From an uncultured delta proteobacterium (GTDB lineage Bacteria; Myxococcota; Myxococcia; Myxococcales; Myxococcaceae), in the NCBI GenBank assembly GCA_963771175.1, contig CAVYSY010000006.1:32001-96000 (forward strand): a DNA stretch of 64,000 nucleotides, written 5' to 3'. The notes beneath the pieces were generated by a model. The model ran no database searches and was not told the DNA's origin. It was given only the letters and a program-made list of their open reading frames with translations. The translations under genes were made by a program, and so were the position numbers. Below, in pieces: positions 14,489 through 27,492 of the stretch. Numbering within the stretch: the stretch's first letter is position 1; every line of letters starts with the position of its first letter.

Positions 14489-14811
14489 CCCGCGAGCCGG
14501 GCGTGGATGCAGCGAAGCTCCACCGCGAGGCGGGGCTCCGGGCGGTGACGGGTGCCCACTACGAGGGTAAGCAGGAAAGGAGGAGGCGAGCGTGGCGCCC
14601 CAGGCAGCGGCCCTCCCCTCCCTCTCTGCTCCAGCACCCTACCCTCTACAGGTCCCCCTTCCCTCCTATGCGTCATGGCTCCTGCTCCTGGGAGCAGAAC
14701 GTACCGTGTGAAGGACCTGGGTCGCCGCATCGTCGAGCGGTCTCGGCGTCCAGGGGCTCCGTTATTGATGGGCCATGTCGCAAGGGGGCGCCCGCCCGCC
14801 GAGGAAACTTC

Positions 14812-15429
14812 CTACCCCCAGGAGAACGCGTACTCGCCATCAAACCCGTGCACCCACTCGCGCACCACCCGCCCCCCGCGCACCCCCGCCGCCTGCAGCA
14901 GGGCCTCCAGCACCCCCTCGTGACACGCCCAGGGCAACAGGTCGCCTCGCAGCCGGATGCGCCCGCTCCTCGGCCCCGTCCACACCACCTCCCGCGCCCC
15001 GAAGTTCAACGACTGTCGGTAGATGTCCGGCACCGCGTCCATCATCCGCCTCGGGCTGCCGGACGCCAGGAGCACCGCCGCGCGCCCCACCGGCGACGCC
15101 AGGAAGTCCGCGTTCGCGTGCCGGCCCAGCTCCCTCAGCGCTCCCTCCATGCACCCGAACCGCGCCTTCAGCCCCCTCGCCGCGCACACCAGCAGCCTCA
15201 GGAAGGCCTCGAGCGGATAGCTGAAGAAATCGAGGAACTTCGCCTCGCCACTGCCCTCCAGACACCGCCGCACCGCCTCCTCGCCTTCCAGCTCCCGCAC
15301 CGCCGACAGCACTCCGTTGAAGAACACTCCCCGTACCGTGTCCCCGGGCGCCGCCTGCGACACCCGCCACGCCATGTCCCGCTCCCAACCGCACGGCGAC
15401 TCCGTCACCGTCATCGTTTCGATGCCCAT
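14812..15429 (-). CDS. DUF2378 / TIGR02265 family protein
   Basis: DTVRGVFF, FFSYP, HEGVL and C-terminal SW motifs. Confidence 0.88.
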   Translation of the reverse strand: MGIETMTVTESPCGWERDMAWRVSQAAPGDTVRGVFFNGVLSAVRELEGEEAVRRCLEGSGEAKFLDFFSYPLEAFLRLLVCAARGLKARFGCMEGALRELGRHANADFLASPVGRAAVLLASGSPRRMMDAVPDIYRQSLNFGAREVVWTGPRSGRIRLRGDLLPWACHEGVLEALLQAAGVRGGRVVREWVHGFDGEYAFSWG

Positions 15430-15475
15430 TGGCCACACTCCAGAGCTGGACCACCGCTTCCCGGAGCGTCACGGG

Positions 15476-15491
15476 TGCATCGTTTGTGCCG
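15476..15491 (-). promoter_or_regulatory. Putative sigma54 -24/-12 promoter
   Basis: CGGCACAAACGATGCA (GG-N10-GC) about 47 bp upstream of the DUF2378 ATG. Confidence 0.55.
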
Positions 15492-15545
15492 GATTACAGA
15501 ATTCACGCAAATTTCGTTCGACACCACACGTCCGGGGTCAAATCG

Positions 15546-15584
15546 GCCCCGTCCAGCCCCGTCCAGCCCCTTCCAGCCCCTTCC
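15546..15584. repeat. 10-bp tandem repeat (GCCCC[G/T]TCCA, about 3.9 copies)
   Basis: gccccgtccagccccgtccagccccttccagccccttcc. Confidence 0.75.
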
Positions 15585-15680
15585 GGGACACCGTTCCGTC
15601 TGGAGACCGACACGCGCCTCGGACGGTGAGCGCAAATCCTGCGCCCCCACCCCGGTCGCGAGCACGCAAACCTTGCGCGC

Positions 15681-16304
15681 TCACTCCCAGGAGACGAGAT
15701 ACTCCGCATCGAGCACCCCCAACCGCAGGCTTCGCACCTGGGGCGCCGGGGCCTTCAGGCCCTCCAGCACCGCCAGCAGGAGGCCCTCGTGGTAGGCGCA
15801 CGGCAGGAAGTCGCGCCGCATGAAGACGCGGCCGCGCGAGGGCCCCTCCCACGTCACCGTGCGCTCCCCGTAGTTCACCGCCGCCCGGTACGCCGAGGGC
15901 AGGTTGCCCACCAGCTGCCGCGGCTGCCCTCGCGACACCAGCACCAGCGCCCGGCCCGCCGCGGACGCGAGCAGGTCCACCGTCGACTGGCGCCCCAGCC
16001 GCCGCTGCGCCTCCTCCCAGCCACCGCACCGCGGCGCCAGCACCCGCGCCGCCGCGTCGTTCACCCGCAGGTAGGTGCTCACCGGGTAGTTGAAGAACTC
16101 CACGAAGCGCGGCTCGCCCCCCGCCTCCAGGCACTCCTCCACCCCCCGCGGGCCCCCCACCCTCCTCACCACCTCCAGCGCGCCCAGGAAGAACATTCCC
16201 CGCACGGTGTCCGCGACGGTCGCCAGCGCCACCCGCCTCTCCAGGTCCTCGCGCAAATCCTGCGACCCCTGGTCCTGCACGACCTCAGGCATGCTCGCGC
16301 TCAT
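15681..16304 (-). CDS. DUF2378 / TIGR02265 family protein (tandem paralog)
   Basis: DTVRGMFF, FFNYP, YHEGLL; AGGAGG RBS. Confidence 0.9.
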   Translation of the reverse strand: MSASMPEVVQDQGSQDLREDLERRVALATVADTVRGMFFLGALEVVRRVGGPRGVEECLEAGGEPRFVEFFNYPVSTYLRVNDAAARVLAPRCGGWEEAQRRLGRQSTVDLLASAAGRALVLVSRGQPRQLVGNLPSAYRAAVNYGERTVTWEGPSRGRVFMRRDFLPCAYHEGLLLAVLEGLKAPAPQVRSLRLGVLDAEYLVSWE

Positions 16305-16662
16305 GTCCCCTCCTGTGCCACCTCGCGCACCGTAACCACGCCCCTTCCGCGCGGCACCGCACCTGCGTCTCCTCGCGCGTCCGCTGTCCAACGCCTCCCG
16401 GACCCGCAGTGCGTACTCCCGCACACTGCCCACCCCCCTCCGGGCACCCCTCTCGTTGGGACACGTACAATGGCCGCAGTTGTACGAACGGGCTCGAATC
16501 CCGCTCCCGCCCCCCCGGACGCGTCGAAAGTGAAGCACCGCGCTCCGCTGCCCTCCAGGCCGGCACCCGTCCCCGTCACCCCCCGCTCTGGACGAACATT
16601 CATTTTCTTGATTTCTCTGGAATTCCGCCCTTGCTGCATCCTTGACGCGGGAGCCATCAGAG

Positions 16663-18478
<1,816 letters not shown>

Positions 18479-18502
18479 GGACCACGGCGGCGCGGGGGCC
18501 GA

Positions 18503-19344
18503 TTAGTGCTTCCCGAGCTCGTGGTCCCAGTCATGTCAACAGCCCGATCAGACTCCGCCGTGTGCGCACCGGATACGCGCTCGAAGGCCGTGGGTCCAGC
18601 GTGGCGAGGCGCTCGCGCTGGAAGACGGGGTCGGCCATCACATCCCGGTGCTTCAATTGCGCGGGCATACGCGAGGGCCCGAGGCATCTCCCGGAAGATG
18701 GCCTCGATGCTGTCCTCCCGCGTCGCTCGCGCCATGCGCTCCGCCGCCGTCTCCAGGCGCGCGCGCACCGAGCCTTCTCCCACCGGGCACCATGCATCCA
18801 TGGCCCAGTCGCAGGAGGCTTCCATCAGTTCCTCCAAGGAGAGCGCGTCCTCCGGGGTACTGAAGAGGTAGCGCGCGGACTGGAGCGGCTCCCAGAAGCG
18901 CAGCAGCGCCTGGAGGCGCAGCGCCGTGCGCTCCGCGCTCTTCGGGGCTGTTCGCGCAATCACGAAGTACAGCGCTCCCCAGGCCGTCTCGCGGCAGAAC
19001 GCCTCGTAGGCGTACCTCACGGGGAATGGGTTCTGCCATTCCCCAGACGGAGTTTCGGACAAATTGCCCATGACATTGGACACCAGATACAGCCGCCAGG
19101 CCGGACGCTCGCGCTGGAAGTCGACCACGTCATGCGCCACCACCACCTCGCCAGGAGGGACCTCCAGCATCTGCCGGGGGGAGGGGATGGAACCGTCCTC
19201 GCGGTACTGCTCGCCACACCGAAGGCCCTCCTTCCGCGTCTTCTGGCGAACCGAGGAGTAGCTGCCATGAAGGAAGGACGGCATCTGCAAGGACGAAGGC
19301 TGTCCGGGCGCCATGGAAGGCGTCCTATCAAAGCGGGTCCTCAT
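18503..19344 (-). CDS. Hypothetical protein, candidate immunity partner (several frameshifts in the 3' part)
   Basis: ATGA overlap with the upstream lipoprotein; frame stitching ends in ...WDHELGKH*. Confidence 0.6.
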
Positions 19345-20378
19345 CGAGGAAGGGACATGCCCGCGGCGGCGGGCACCTGCGCCGGGGGCGCGGAGGGGGG
19401 AGGTCGCGCTGGAAAGGTGATGACCTGTCCACCTCCCTGGGTGGGTGGCTGCCGCGCCCCCGGGCCCGAGCCCATCTGGCCAAAAATCACTCCCGAGAAG
19501 AATGCCGTCGCGGCGGTGCCAATGCCGTCGATGACGATGCCCACGGCCCCGCTGAAGGTGGCGAGCTTCTCGCGCCGGCTGACCATGCCTTCCACGGCCT
19601 GTCCTACCGACCCGCCGTACTGGCGCAACTCCTCCTCGGTGAGGTCCACCCACTGCCCGGCCTCATACGCCGCTGCCTCGGATTCGAAGTACTGCTGGCT
19701 GCGGGTCCACCGATACTGGACCACTCCCGGCTCGGTGGTCCGCCACTCCAGGCGCCAGATGTATTGCCCCTGGGCGAAGCGAAGCAGGATTTCGCCGCTG
19801 AACTCCGTGCCACCAGTGAAGGGCCGGCCAACCAGAAGGGCCCGGTTCAGTGCGGCCAGGTAGGTCCGAGCCATCTCGCGGGCTTCCTGGAGGCCCTGCT
19901 CATTCCAGGGTTTGATTTCGAAGAGGCTTCGAACGAGGACATCCGTGATGTCCGGGCGGATGTTGCGCTCGTTTGGGAGCAGAAGGGACGTATCCCCGAT
20001 CTCCGCATCCTCCAGGATGAATTTGATTGTCTCGGTGTTGTAATAGGCTTGGGTGCCTGGGTGATTGACTTTGTACATGTAGGCAATCAGCCGGTGCGAG
20101 GCCTTGCCGAGGAAGAACTCCCAGGGCATCCGCGAGTCAGGATTCCGGCCAGGGACGTTATAGCCCTGGACGGCCGGGCCCGGGGGCTCCCCACCCACTG
20201 TCGGGCCGTCGCTCATGGCCAACAGGCGTCGTGGCGTGGAAGCGGAGAGGGGTGACGGGCCAAACCGTGGCGCAGGAGCCGTGGCGCAGCCGGCGAGCAC
20301 CCACACGAAGAGCAGGGTCACCCAGCACCGTGAGGCCCGAGCCCACGACAGACACCAGACGGAAACACTCACGGGCAC
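19341..20378 (-). CDS. Lipoprotein with PD-(D/E)xK nuclease-like motif (candidate polymorphic toxin)
   Basis: LAGC-AT lipobox; GKASH...RPDI...FEIKP. Confidence 0.7.
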   Translation of the reverse strand: MPVSVSVWCLSWARASRCWVTLLFVWVLAGCATAPAPRFGPSPLSASTPRRLLAMSDGPTVGGEPPGPAVQGYNVPGRNPDSRMPWEFFLGKASHRLIAYMYKVNHPGTQAYYNTETIKFILEDAEIGDTSLLLPNERNIRPDITDVLVRSLFEIKPWNEQGLQEAREMARTYLAALNRALLVGRPFTGGTEFSGEILLRFAQGQYIWRLEWRTTEPGVVQYRWTRSQQYFESEAAAYEAGQWVDLTEEELRQYGGSVGQAVEGMVSRREKLATFSGAVGIVIDGIGTAATAFFSGVIFGQMGSGPGARQPPTQGGGQVITFPARPPPSAPPAQVPAAAGMSLPR

Positions 20379-20531
20379 CTCCCGCTCCGCGCACCCGGAC
20401 AGGCGCGAAGTCAGCGAGCAGTAGAGGCCAACACCCGAGCGAAGACGAGGCTCCCCAAGGTCAGGTTCCGCGAGACGTCCCGCTCCCGTGAGAAGGTTCC
20501 CCCGCGCTGAGCGACCGATTGGAAGGGGACG

Positions 20532-23156
20532 TCAGGGCAGCGGCATGTCGCCCAGGTCGAGCTCCTGGCCCTCCTTCACCTCCACCAGGAGCTGTTTGAC
20601 GTCTCCGTTCACACCGAGGCCCACGGTGTGCTCGCCCTCTGGCAGCCCCTCGAGCAGGAAGCGTCCATCGGCGCCCGTGATGGATGGGGCCACGGAGAGC
20701 GACGACGAAACGAACACGGTGACTCCGGCCACCGGAGCCCGCCCCTCCAGGTCCAGCAGCCTGCCGCGCACCCGGGCCGTGTCGCGCACGACGAGCTCCA
20801 GCTCGGTGCTCGCGCCGGGCGTGAAGGGCACCAGCGTCCCTCCCCTCGCCCCGTCCTCCGTGTGGACCTCCACCATCAGGGGCTCGCCCGGCAGCCCCTT
20901 CACCTCGAAGCGCTCCCCCGAGAACCGCCGCTCGTACCCCGCCCACAACGACTCCTGGGCATTCATCGCGCGCAGGCCGAGGACGAAGCCGCGCACCGGA
21001 GCGCCCCCGGGGCGCACCACGCGGCCCCGGAGCGTGCCCGCCGGCTGGAGCCTCACCACCACCTCCCGCCCCGTCCTCGCCCCCTCGACGGTGCCCAGGT
21101 GGCCTCCGTTCCCCGCCTGAATCCGGAGCGGAATTTCGGACGGAGCCTCGGTCTCGAAGCGCCCCTCCGCGTCCGCGGACACCATGAAGTACAACCGCGC
21201 CTCCTCCGTGGGGCCCCGCCCGGAGACGAGCGCCCCGGGCGAGGGCGTGCCGTCCGGCTCCAGCACGCGCCCTCGCAGCTGGCCCCGCGGGTACTCGGGC
21301 TCCTCCAGCACCAGCTCCAGCCGGAGCGTCCTTCCCGACTCCACCCGCACGAACTCCGGTTCGCGCTGGCGGGGGCCTCCCTCCTCCGGGTGGTCGGCGA
21401 CCACCTCGTAGCCGCCCGGAGGCAGCACCAGACGGAAGAAGCCCGAGGCGTCCACCTCGGTGCTTCCGGTGCTCCCCTGGTCCGGCGAGTCGTACGCCCG
21501 CCGCGGGAGGGCATGCACCTGGAGGGGCCTCGCGGGCCGCGGTCCCGAGGCCACGCGGACCACTCCCTCCACGATGCCCGTCTCCTCGAAGACGAAGTCC
21601 GCCCTCGCCGTGTCGCCCTCCTGCACCTGGACATACCGGGAGCCCCCGCCGTCCACCCCCTCGCGATGCGCGGAGAGGAGCACCTGGCCCACGGCGAGTC
21701 CCTCGAGCCGGTAGACGCCCTCGGCATTGGTGCGAGCCTCGGGGCGAGTGGTGCTCAGGCTCTCGAGCCACCACCGCTCGCCCACCACCACCCGCACGCC
21801 CTCGAGCGGCCGGCCAGCCGCGTCCCGCACCGTGCCCTCCACGGCGCCGACGCCCGACAGCTCCGCCTCCAGGAGGAAGCGCTCGCCCGGGGCCAGCGTC
21901 ACCCCGCGCTGGAAGAACTCGGAGAAGCCCGGGGCCGTCACCACCACGTCATGCGCGCCAGCGGCGAGGCCCCCGATGGCATAGTGCCCCCGCTCGTCCG
22001 TCACCGCTCGTCCCGAGTCCCCGTGCTCTCCCGCGGGGCTGACGTGGACGGTGGCACCCACCACGGGAGCCCCGCTCCTTCGCGCCACCACCCGGCCCTC
22101 GAAGCGCGCCCCCGCGCCGAGCCGCACCCGCACGCCCCGCACCGTCCCGCCCGCGGCCACCACCACCGGGCTGTCCAGCGCGCCCGCCTCGTCCCCCCGG
22201 CGCGCGGACACCCCGTGGGGCCCTGCCTCCACCTCCGCGGAGAAGCCACCTCCCGGGCCCGTGGTGACCACCACCGGGGGGTAGCCGCCATTCACCAGCA
22301 CCTCGGCGCCCGGGGCGGGCCGTCCCGAGGCATCCACGACGAAGCCCTCGATGACGCCCGCCCGGGACAGGGCGACCTCCAGCGGCTCCGTGGCCGGCAC
22401 GCGCACGTCGCGCAGGAACACCTGCCCGTGTCCCGGCGCCCGCGCCCACAGCGCCCACGCGCCGGAGGCCAACCCCTCCACACGGAAGGCGCCCCGGGCG
22501 TCGCTGGTGGCATACACCCGCTCCTCCTCGGGAGCCTCCGCGGCCTCCCAGTCCTCCAGCTTCCGGCCATGAGGAATGAAGCTGAGCGTCACCAGCGGCA
22601 GCGGCTCGCCGGTGCCCCGCACCACGGTGCGCCCGACGAGGCCGTGCCCCGCCTCGAGCGTTACCCGCAGGTGGGTGAGGGCCTCGCCTGAGGGGCGCAC
22701 CACATCGCGCCACCCCGGGGCCTTGTCCGGGGCCCGCACGGCCACGAAGTAGTCGCCGGGCCCCGAGGCCAGCCGCAGGCGTCCCCGCTCATCCGTGGAG
22801 CCCGAGGCCACCCGGCGCCAGCTCACCTCGCCCACGTTGGGATCGCGCCCCCCCCGCTCGTACAGCCGCACGTTGGCGCCGGGAATCGGCCGCTCTCCCT
22901 CGAGCACCTCCACCTCCAGGAAGCCCTCGGCCCCCGCCTCCGGGGCGCCGGGTCCCCCCACCCCCTCGGGGTGCTCCGGCTGGCCCACCGCGCCCGACGG
23001 CCCTGGCTTCGGCGCGCCCGGAGCACGCGCCAGGGTGGAGCCGGAGAGCGCGGACGCCACGGACGTCTCGGCCATCCGCGAGCGGAAGAGGAGGAGGAGG
23101 AGCAACAGCCCCAGTCCCAGCACCAGGGCCCACATCACGAGCATGCGCTTACGCAT
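20532..23156 (-). CDS. Carboxypeptidase-regulatory-like (beta-sandwich) repeat protein
   Basis: N-terminal TM segment; repeated GxVxDxxGxP and TDxxGxF/Y motifs. Confidence 0.85.
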   Translation of the reverse strand: MRKRMLVMWALVLGLGLLLLLLLFRSRMAETSVASALSGSTLARAPGAPKPGPSGAVGQPEHPEGVGGPGAPEAGAEGFLEVEVLEGERPIPGANVRLYERGGRDPNVGEVSWRRVASGSTDERGRLRLASGPGDYFVAVRAPDKAPGWRDVVRPSGEALTHLRVTLEAGHGLVGRTVVRGTGEPLPLVTLSFIPHGRKLEDWEAAEAPEEERVYATSDARGAFRVEGLASGAWALWARAPGHGQVFLRDVRVPATEPLEVALSRAGVIEGFVVDASGRPAPGAEVLVNGGYPPVVVTTGPGGGFSAEVEAGPHGVSARRGDEAGALDSPVVVAAGGTVRGVRVRLGAGARFEGRVVARRSGAPVVGATVHVSPAGEHGDSGRAVTDERGHYAIGGLAAGAHDVVVTAPGFSEFFQRGVTLAPGERFLLEAELSGVGAVEGTVRDAAGRPLEGVRVVVGERWWLESLSTTRPEARTNAEGVYRLEGLAVGQVLLSAHREGVDGGGSRYVQVQEGDTARADFVFEETGIVEGVVRVASGPRPARPLQVHALPRRAYDSPDQGSTGSTEVDASGFFRLVLPPGGYEVVADHPEEGGPRQREPEFVRVESGRTLRLELVLEEPEYPRGQLRGRVLEPDGTPSPGALVSGRGPTEEARLYFMVSADAEGRFETEAPSEIPLRIQAGNGGHLGTVEGARTGREVVVRLQPAGTLRGRVVRPGGAPVRGFVLGLRAMNAQESLWAGYERRFSGERFEVKGLPGEPLMVEVHTEDGARGGTLVPFTPGASTELELVVRDTARVRGRLLDLEGRAPVAGVTVFVSSSLSVAPSITGADGRFLLEGLPEGEHTVGLGVNGDVKQLLVEVKEGQELDLGDMPLP

Positions 23157-23387
23157 GGTCCCTCTTTCCCACCCCCAGCCCCGGGAGGCGAGTGGGAATG
23201 CCCCGGCCACTCCAGCACGCAGCCCTCTCGGGCGCTCAGTCTCCGAGCCTTCACGCGGTGCGCGGACCCATTCACGAGCCCAAACACAGTGAATGGCTCC
23301 AGTGGAGCCCGTTCGTCCCGTACTTTACAGATGGCTCTTTCAAGAAGAACATGGGTCTTGAAAATCAAAAGAAGTTGGAGGGGGAGC

Positions 23388-25711
23388 ATGCCTCGTGTGG
23401 CGCCATGGCTTATCGTACTCCTTGCCTCGCTGACGCTCGCGTCTGCCGCAGATGCGGCGCAGGAAGTCGATGCAGGAACGATTCCCGCGCTGCGGATGAC
23501 CGTACGCACAGTGGGTGACCCTGACCGCGGGCAGCCGACTGCGACAGACGGAGGCCTCGACGACGGGCAGCCGATTGAGATTGAGATGGAGCTGCCCCCA
23601 GAGATCCCGCTCGATCTCCCCTTCGAGCTGCGTACGTGGCTTCCAGCGGAAGTCGAGGCCGCATCTGCCGAATACTGGCGTGCCGGAGGAGAGTGCACCC
23701 AAGCCGCCGATGCAGGGGAGTCTCGACTACCGCTCAAGACCGTGGTGCAAGTCATCCAAGCCCCGGTGGATACAACCGACGCAGGCTTCGTCCAGCACGG
23801 AAAGGAGCTCATCATCAGCGTGCCCGTCCTCTCGGAGCCGTGGTGGTCCCACTGCTTCGCGGTGGAGCTGTGGCTCCGGGATGATAGTGGGCCGTTCACC
23901 AGTGTGCGACTGACGGCTCTGATTCGCGAGCTCTCCGGTGCTCTCAACGAGGCTGGACAGGTGACCCCGGTCGATATGCGCAACGCCGCAGCCGCCGCTG
24001 ACATCGTTCAGGACTGCCGTCTCCATAAAGGGTGGAGCCAGCGCTATGCTTGCGAGACCGCGGTCAACAGTGTCGTCAATGACCTTTCGAAAAACCCCGC
24101 GTTTACTCGCGTACAGAAGAAGGCGCACGAGCTCCGTGAAAAGCTCGACGAGTTGCGGAAGGATGCTGCGACCTTGAATGAGCAGGGTCTTGTCATACCG
24201 AGCTACGAGGAGCTCATTTCTCAATATGGGCACGAGCCCACGACTCCGTCGCAGGCCGCCCACCAGAATCTGGACGAGGCTCAGGCGGAGGTGGGGTTCA
24301 GGCGCGACCAGCTCGTGCGAGATGCGGAGATGAGCGAGGAGATCGCGAGCGCGCTCGGTCTGACGCTCGACTCGAAGCGCACCGCGAGCACTCTCGAGCA
24401 GAAGCTCAACCAACGGTTCGCCAGGTTCCAGCTCATGGACCGGACGGGGGCGAGGACTGCGGCGCGCGAACTCTACGAGGTGGAGAAACTCGCCGCGGAG
24501 ACCTCCTCGATGCTCCGCCTCAAATGGTTCGAGCAGATCCGCGACAAGGTGAAAGCACGCGAGCTTCAGTTGAAGCAGCAGCTCAAGGAGCAGCAGCTCG
24601 CGTCCACTCAGCTCGAGGCGCAGAGGGTCGAAGCAAGACGGGCATGGGATTCGCTCGAGGGGGATCTCGTGCTCGCCCGCAAGGGGAGAGCCGAACAGCT
24701 CAAGCCGATCATGGACAAGCTGGGGAAGATCCAAGAGCTCGAATCCAATCTCGAGAAGGCCAAAGCGGAGCTTGCCACCGCGCATCAGCAGACGAATCCG
24801 CCCGCTGACGCGTCCCGGCTCAAGGTATTGGAGAAGGCGGTCACCGATGCGAAGACCGCGCTCGCCAATGCGCAACCAGACAAGGTCAAGAAGGACTACG
24901 AGCTCACGGCGGCGAAGTACGATGGGCTGGAAAAGTGGATCGTCTCTCGTATCGTCACGGCCAGCAACGTTCACCTCGTGCTCGAAACTTCAAAGCTCGC
25001 GACCGATGCGAAAAGCCAGGCGACGAAGGCTTCGATCGATGCATGCACTCGCGTACTCGAGCAGGCCGACGGCGTCGAGTCCAAGGCGCTCGACTACGAG
25101 AATGCCTTCAGGGTCGCGGTCTCCACACTCCGTGCGTCGACGATTTCCGTCGTCCGTCCTCAAGGTCACGCCCGCTCACGACCCGCGGCGACACACGTGG
25201 GCCGTGCGTACGGCTTCTTCTCGACGGACGTGGGGTTCGCGGCGGTCGCTCCTCGCTTTGGAGAGCCACACCCGATGGCCTTCGTCCAACTGAGCATTCG
25301 CTCGGTCAGGTCAGTTGGGATCACGGCATCGGAGCGGTCGACGTGCCGAAGGGGACCGACAAGAGTACGAAGCTCCGCTGGTGGCTCGGGCAGCGTTTGG
25401 CGTTCAACTTCGGTCTCAGTATGAACCTGCGGGCGATTCGGACTCCTGACGGCCAACTTCAAGGGTTGTTCGGTCCCTCGACTCCCATGGGCCTGCTCGG
25501 GGTCGGCTTCCGCATCACCGAGTTCCTCAAGCTCAATGCCGGCACGGCCTTCGGGACCACCCAGCCCGAGCTACCCGGTGTTGGCAATCGCCTGCATGTC
25601 TTGCCCTACGCCGGCGTGTCCATCGACATTCCCGTGTACAAGGCCGTAGGCAAAGCGCTGAAACCCGCGCTTGGAACCCAGTTCTCCACCCTTGAACCCG
25701 AACTGAAATAG
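23388..25711 (+). CDS. Large exported coiled-coil protein with amphipathic beta-rich C-terminus (1-nt frameshift near 25297)
   Basis: Signal peptide ending ADA; long helical region; restoring one T gives LSISLGQVSW and joins the ORF ending at 25711. Confidence 0.7.
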
Positions 25712-25721
25712 TGGAGGCGCC

Positions 25722-25910
25722 ATGCTCAGTCTTCAGATTCGTCCGCAGGACGTGGCAGTGAAGTCCGGGAAGACGCGGACCCTCGAGCTCGACGTCGACT
25801 CAACGCGCCATGCCGACGTGCAGGTGGTGCCGCAGGCGACCGTCAAGGGGAAGAAGGCCTGGTACGCGCCGGAAGGCAACGCCCAAACCATGCTCTCGGT
25901 GCACCCATGA
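25722..25910 (+). CDS. Small hypothetical protein (62 aa)
   Basis: GGAGG RBS; ATGA overlap with the next gene. Confidence 0.6.
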   Translation: MLSLQIRPQDVAVKSGKTRTLELDVDSTRHADVQVVPQATVKGKKAWYAPEGNAQTMLSVHP

Positions 25911-27424
25911 CTCAGCGATGCATCGTCTTCGGGCTGGTGCTGCTCATCCTGAGCTGCTCCAGTGAATCTTCCCTGCAAACGAAACCATGCGCCGTCGACC
26001 TCCAGGGGGAGTGGGTCCCGAATGATGGCAACCCGGTTCTCGCTTGTGGTGGGGACACGCTCGCAATCGCCATCACAGGTCCCTCCCAACAAATCTTCGC
26101 GGACGACCGCACGCTGCTCGATGTCACGGTGAAGGTCGGCCGCGATTTCGAGCTGAGCGCCGCCCAGGTTGAACTGATTGCCACGGGGGGAGTGTTCCCC
26201 AGCGCGGGTGCGCCGCCGGATAACAGCGTCCAGGAACCGTCGCGAACGGTGGTGTCGACGGATGGCCACGGAACCGCTTCGACCGTGCTCAAGGTGGGGA
26301 GCACCGCGCGGAAGCTCGTGCTTCACGGTCGGGTCATCGGCCATGCCAACGCGGCGGACGCGGGTGTTGGTCTCGTTGATACCGTCGTGTACCTGGACCT
26401 GGCACCCGTCGAGGTCTCCAGGACCATTCTCTCGACGAGTGGAGCGCCCGAGCTCCAGCCGGGAGGCTCTGTCGAGATCACCCTACGCGGCTACGCGGAT
26501 GAAGCGCTTCAGGTGCCCGCGGGCAAGGCGGCGCTCGAGCTGTGTCTCCAGGGGCAGCCCGGACTCTCCGCCAATGCCACCCAGTGGATCCTTGGAGGGG
26601 ACGGGTCGAGCAAGGCGATCGTGCTCGCCTCGCGCGAGATGGACTCGAGCGGGAAGGTGACGATCCGCGCGTGTCCGGCGAGTGTCGGTTGTTCGGTCTC
26701 GCCCGCGTGTGGCGCGATCGAGCTGACGGTGAAGCCGGCGGTGAGACCCGTCCGGAGGATCGCGCTCAGCATCGACTCGCCCCTCATGAAGGTGGGTGAC
26801 AGTCGAACCATCACCGCCTTCGGGTATACAGACCCCGAGTATCTCTTCCCCGCGGCGAAGGGCACGGCACTCCGTTTCTGTGCGTCTCATCCGGGCGTGC
26901 TCAATACGAACCTCGGCCAGCTCGACGATTCGGGCAAGACCACGGTACAGCTCCGCGCCCTCTCGGCGACCACCAGCGAGCCCGTGCACGTGAGCGCGTG
27001 TCCTTATGAGCTGGATTGCACGACCACAACACTCTCCGAGACGTGTAGTCCCGTTCTGCTCCAATCCGTCAGCGCCCCCGACCCAGCGATCGCCAGCATG
27101 GTGCTGACCTTCGCCGCTCCGCCCTTCAAGGAGGGTCAGGCAGGGACTGTGACGATCGCCGCCTATTCGAACGCAGCGCGAACGGTGACGTCTCCCCCGA
27201 ACCATCCCGTTCGCTACTGCGTTGATCCAGCTCGCGCGGTGCTGTCTTCCACAGCAGGATTTCTTGATTCCTCGGGTCGAGCGACCGTGACCCTGACCCC
27301 GCTGCCGGGAAGCACGGCGGATGGCCCGCTCGCATTCACCGCATGTCCGTATGATGTCTCGTGCAGCACGCCGGACTCCTCATGCCGGACGGAATCGGTG
27401 GCCATCGCCGCACCTGCGCCGTAG
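25907..27424 (+). CDS. Lipoprotein with about 4 invasin/Big_1-like Ig domains and repeated Cys motifs
   Basis: ILSC lipobox; repeated DxxGxA/T-T-V turns and ACP...C motifs. Confidence 0.75.
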   Translation: MTQRCIVFGLVLLILSCSSESSLQTKPCAVDLQGEWVPNDGNPVLACGGDTLAIAITGPSQQIFADDRTLLDVTVKVGRDFELSAAQVELIATGGVFPSAGAPPDNSVQEPSRTVVSTDGHGTASTVLKVGSTARKLVLHGRVIGHANAADAGVGLVDTVVYLDLAPVEVSRTILSTSGAPELQPGGSVEITLRGYADEALQVPAGKAALELCLQGQPGLSANATQWILGGDGSSKAIVLASREMDSSGKVTIRACPASVGCSVSPACGAIELTVKPAVRPVRRIALSIDSPLMKVGDSRTITAFGYTDPEYLFPAAKGTALRFCASHPGVLNTNLGQLDDSGKTTVQLRALSATTSEPVHVSACPYELDCTTTTLSETCSPVLLQSVSAPDPAIASMVLTFAAPPFKEGQAGTVTIAAYSNAARTVTSPPNHPVRYCVDPARAVLSSTAGFLDSSGRATVTLTPLPGSTADGPLAFTACPYDVSCSTPDSSCRTESVAIAAPAP

Positions 27425-27492
27425 CCGACGGCCTTCTCGAAGCCGGGTGCCAAGGGAAGGCCAGGCCCTCCCCAGTCACCCGCGAGAGGGCC

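Noticed and set aside
16618..16635. Sigma54 promoter upstream of the activator gene
   Set aside because: The GG-GC spacing is 12 rather than 10.
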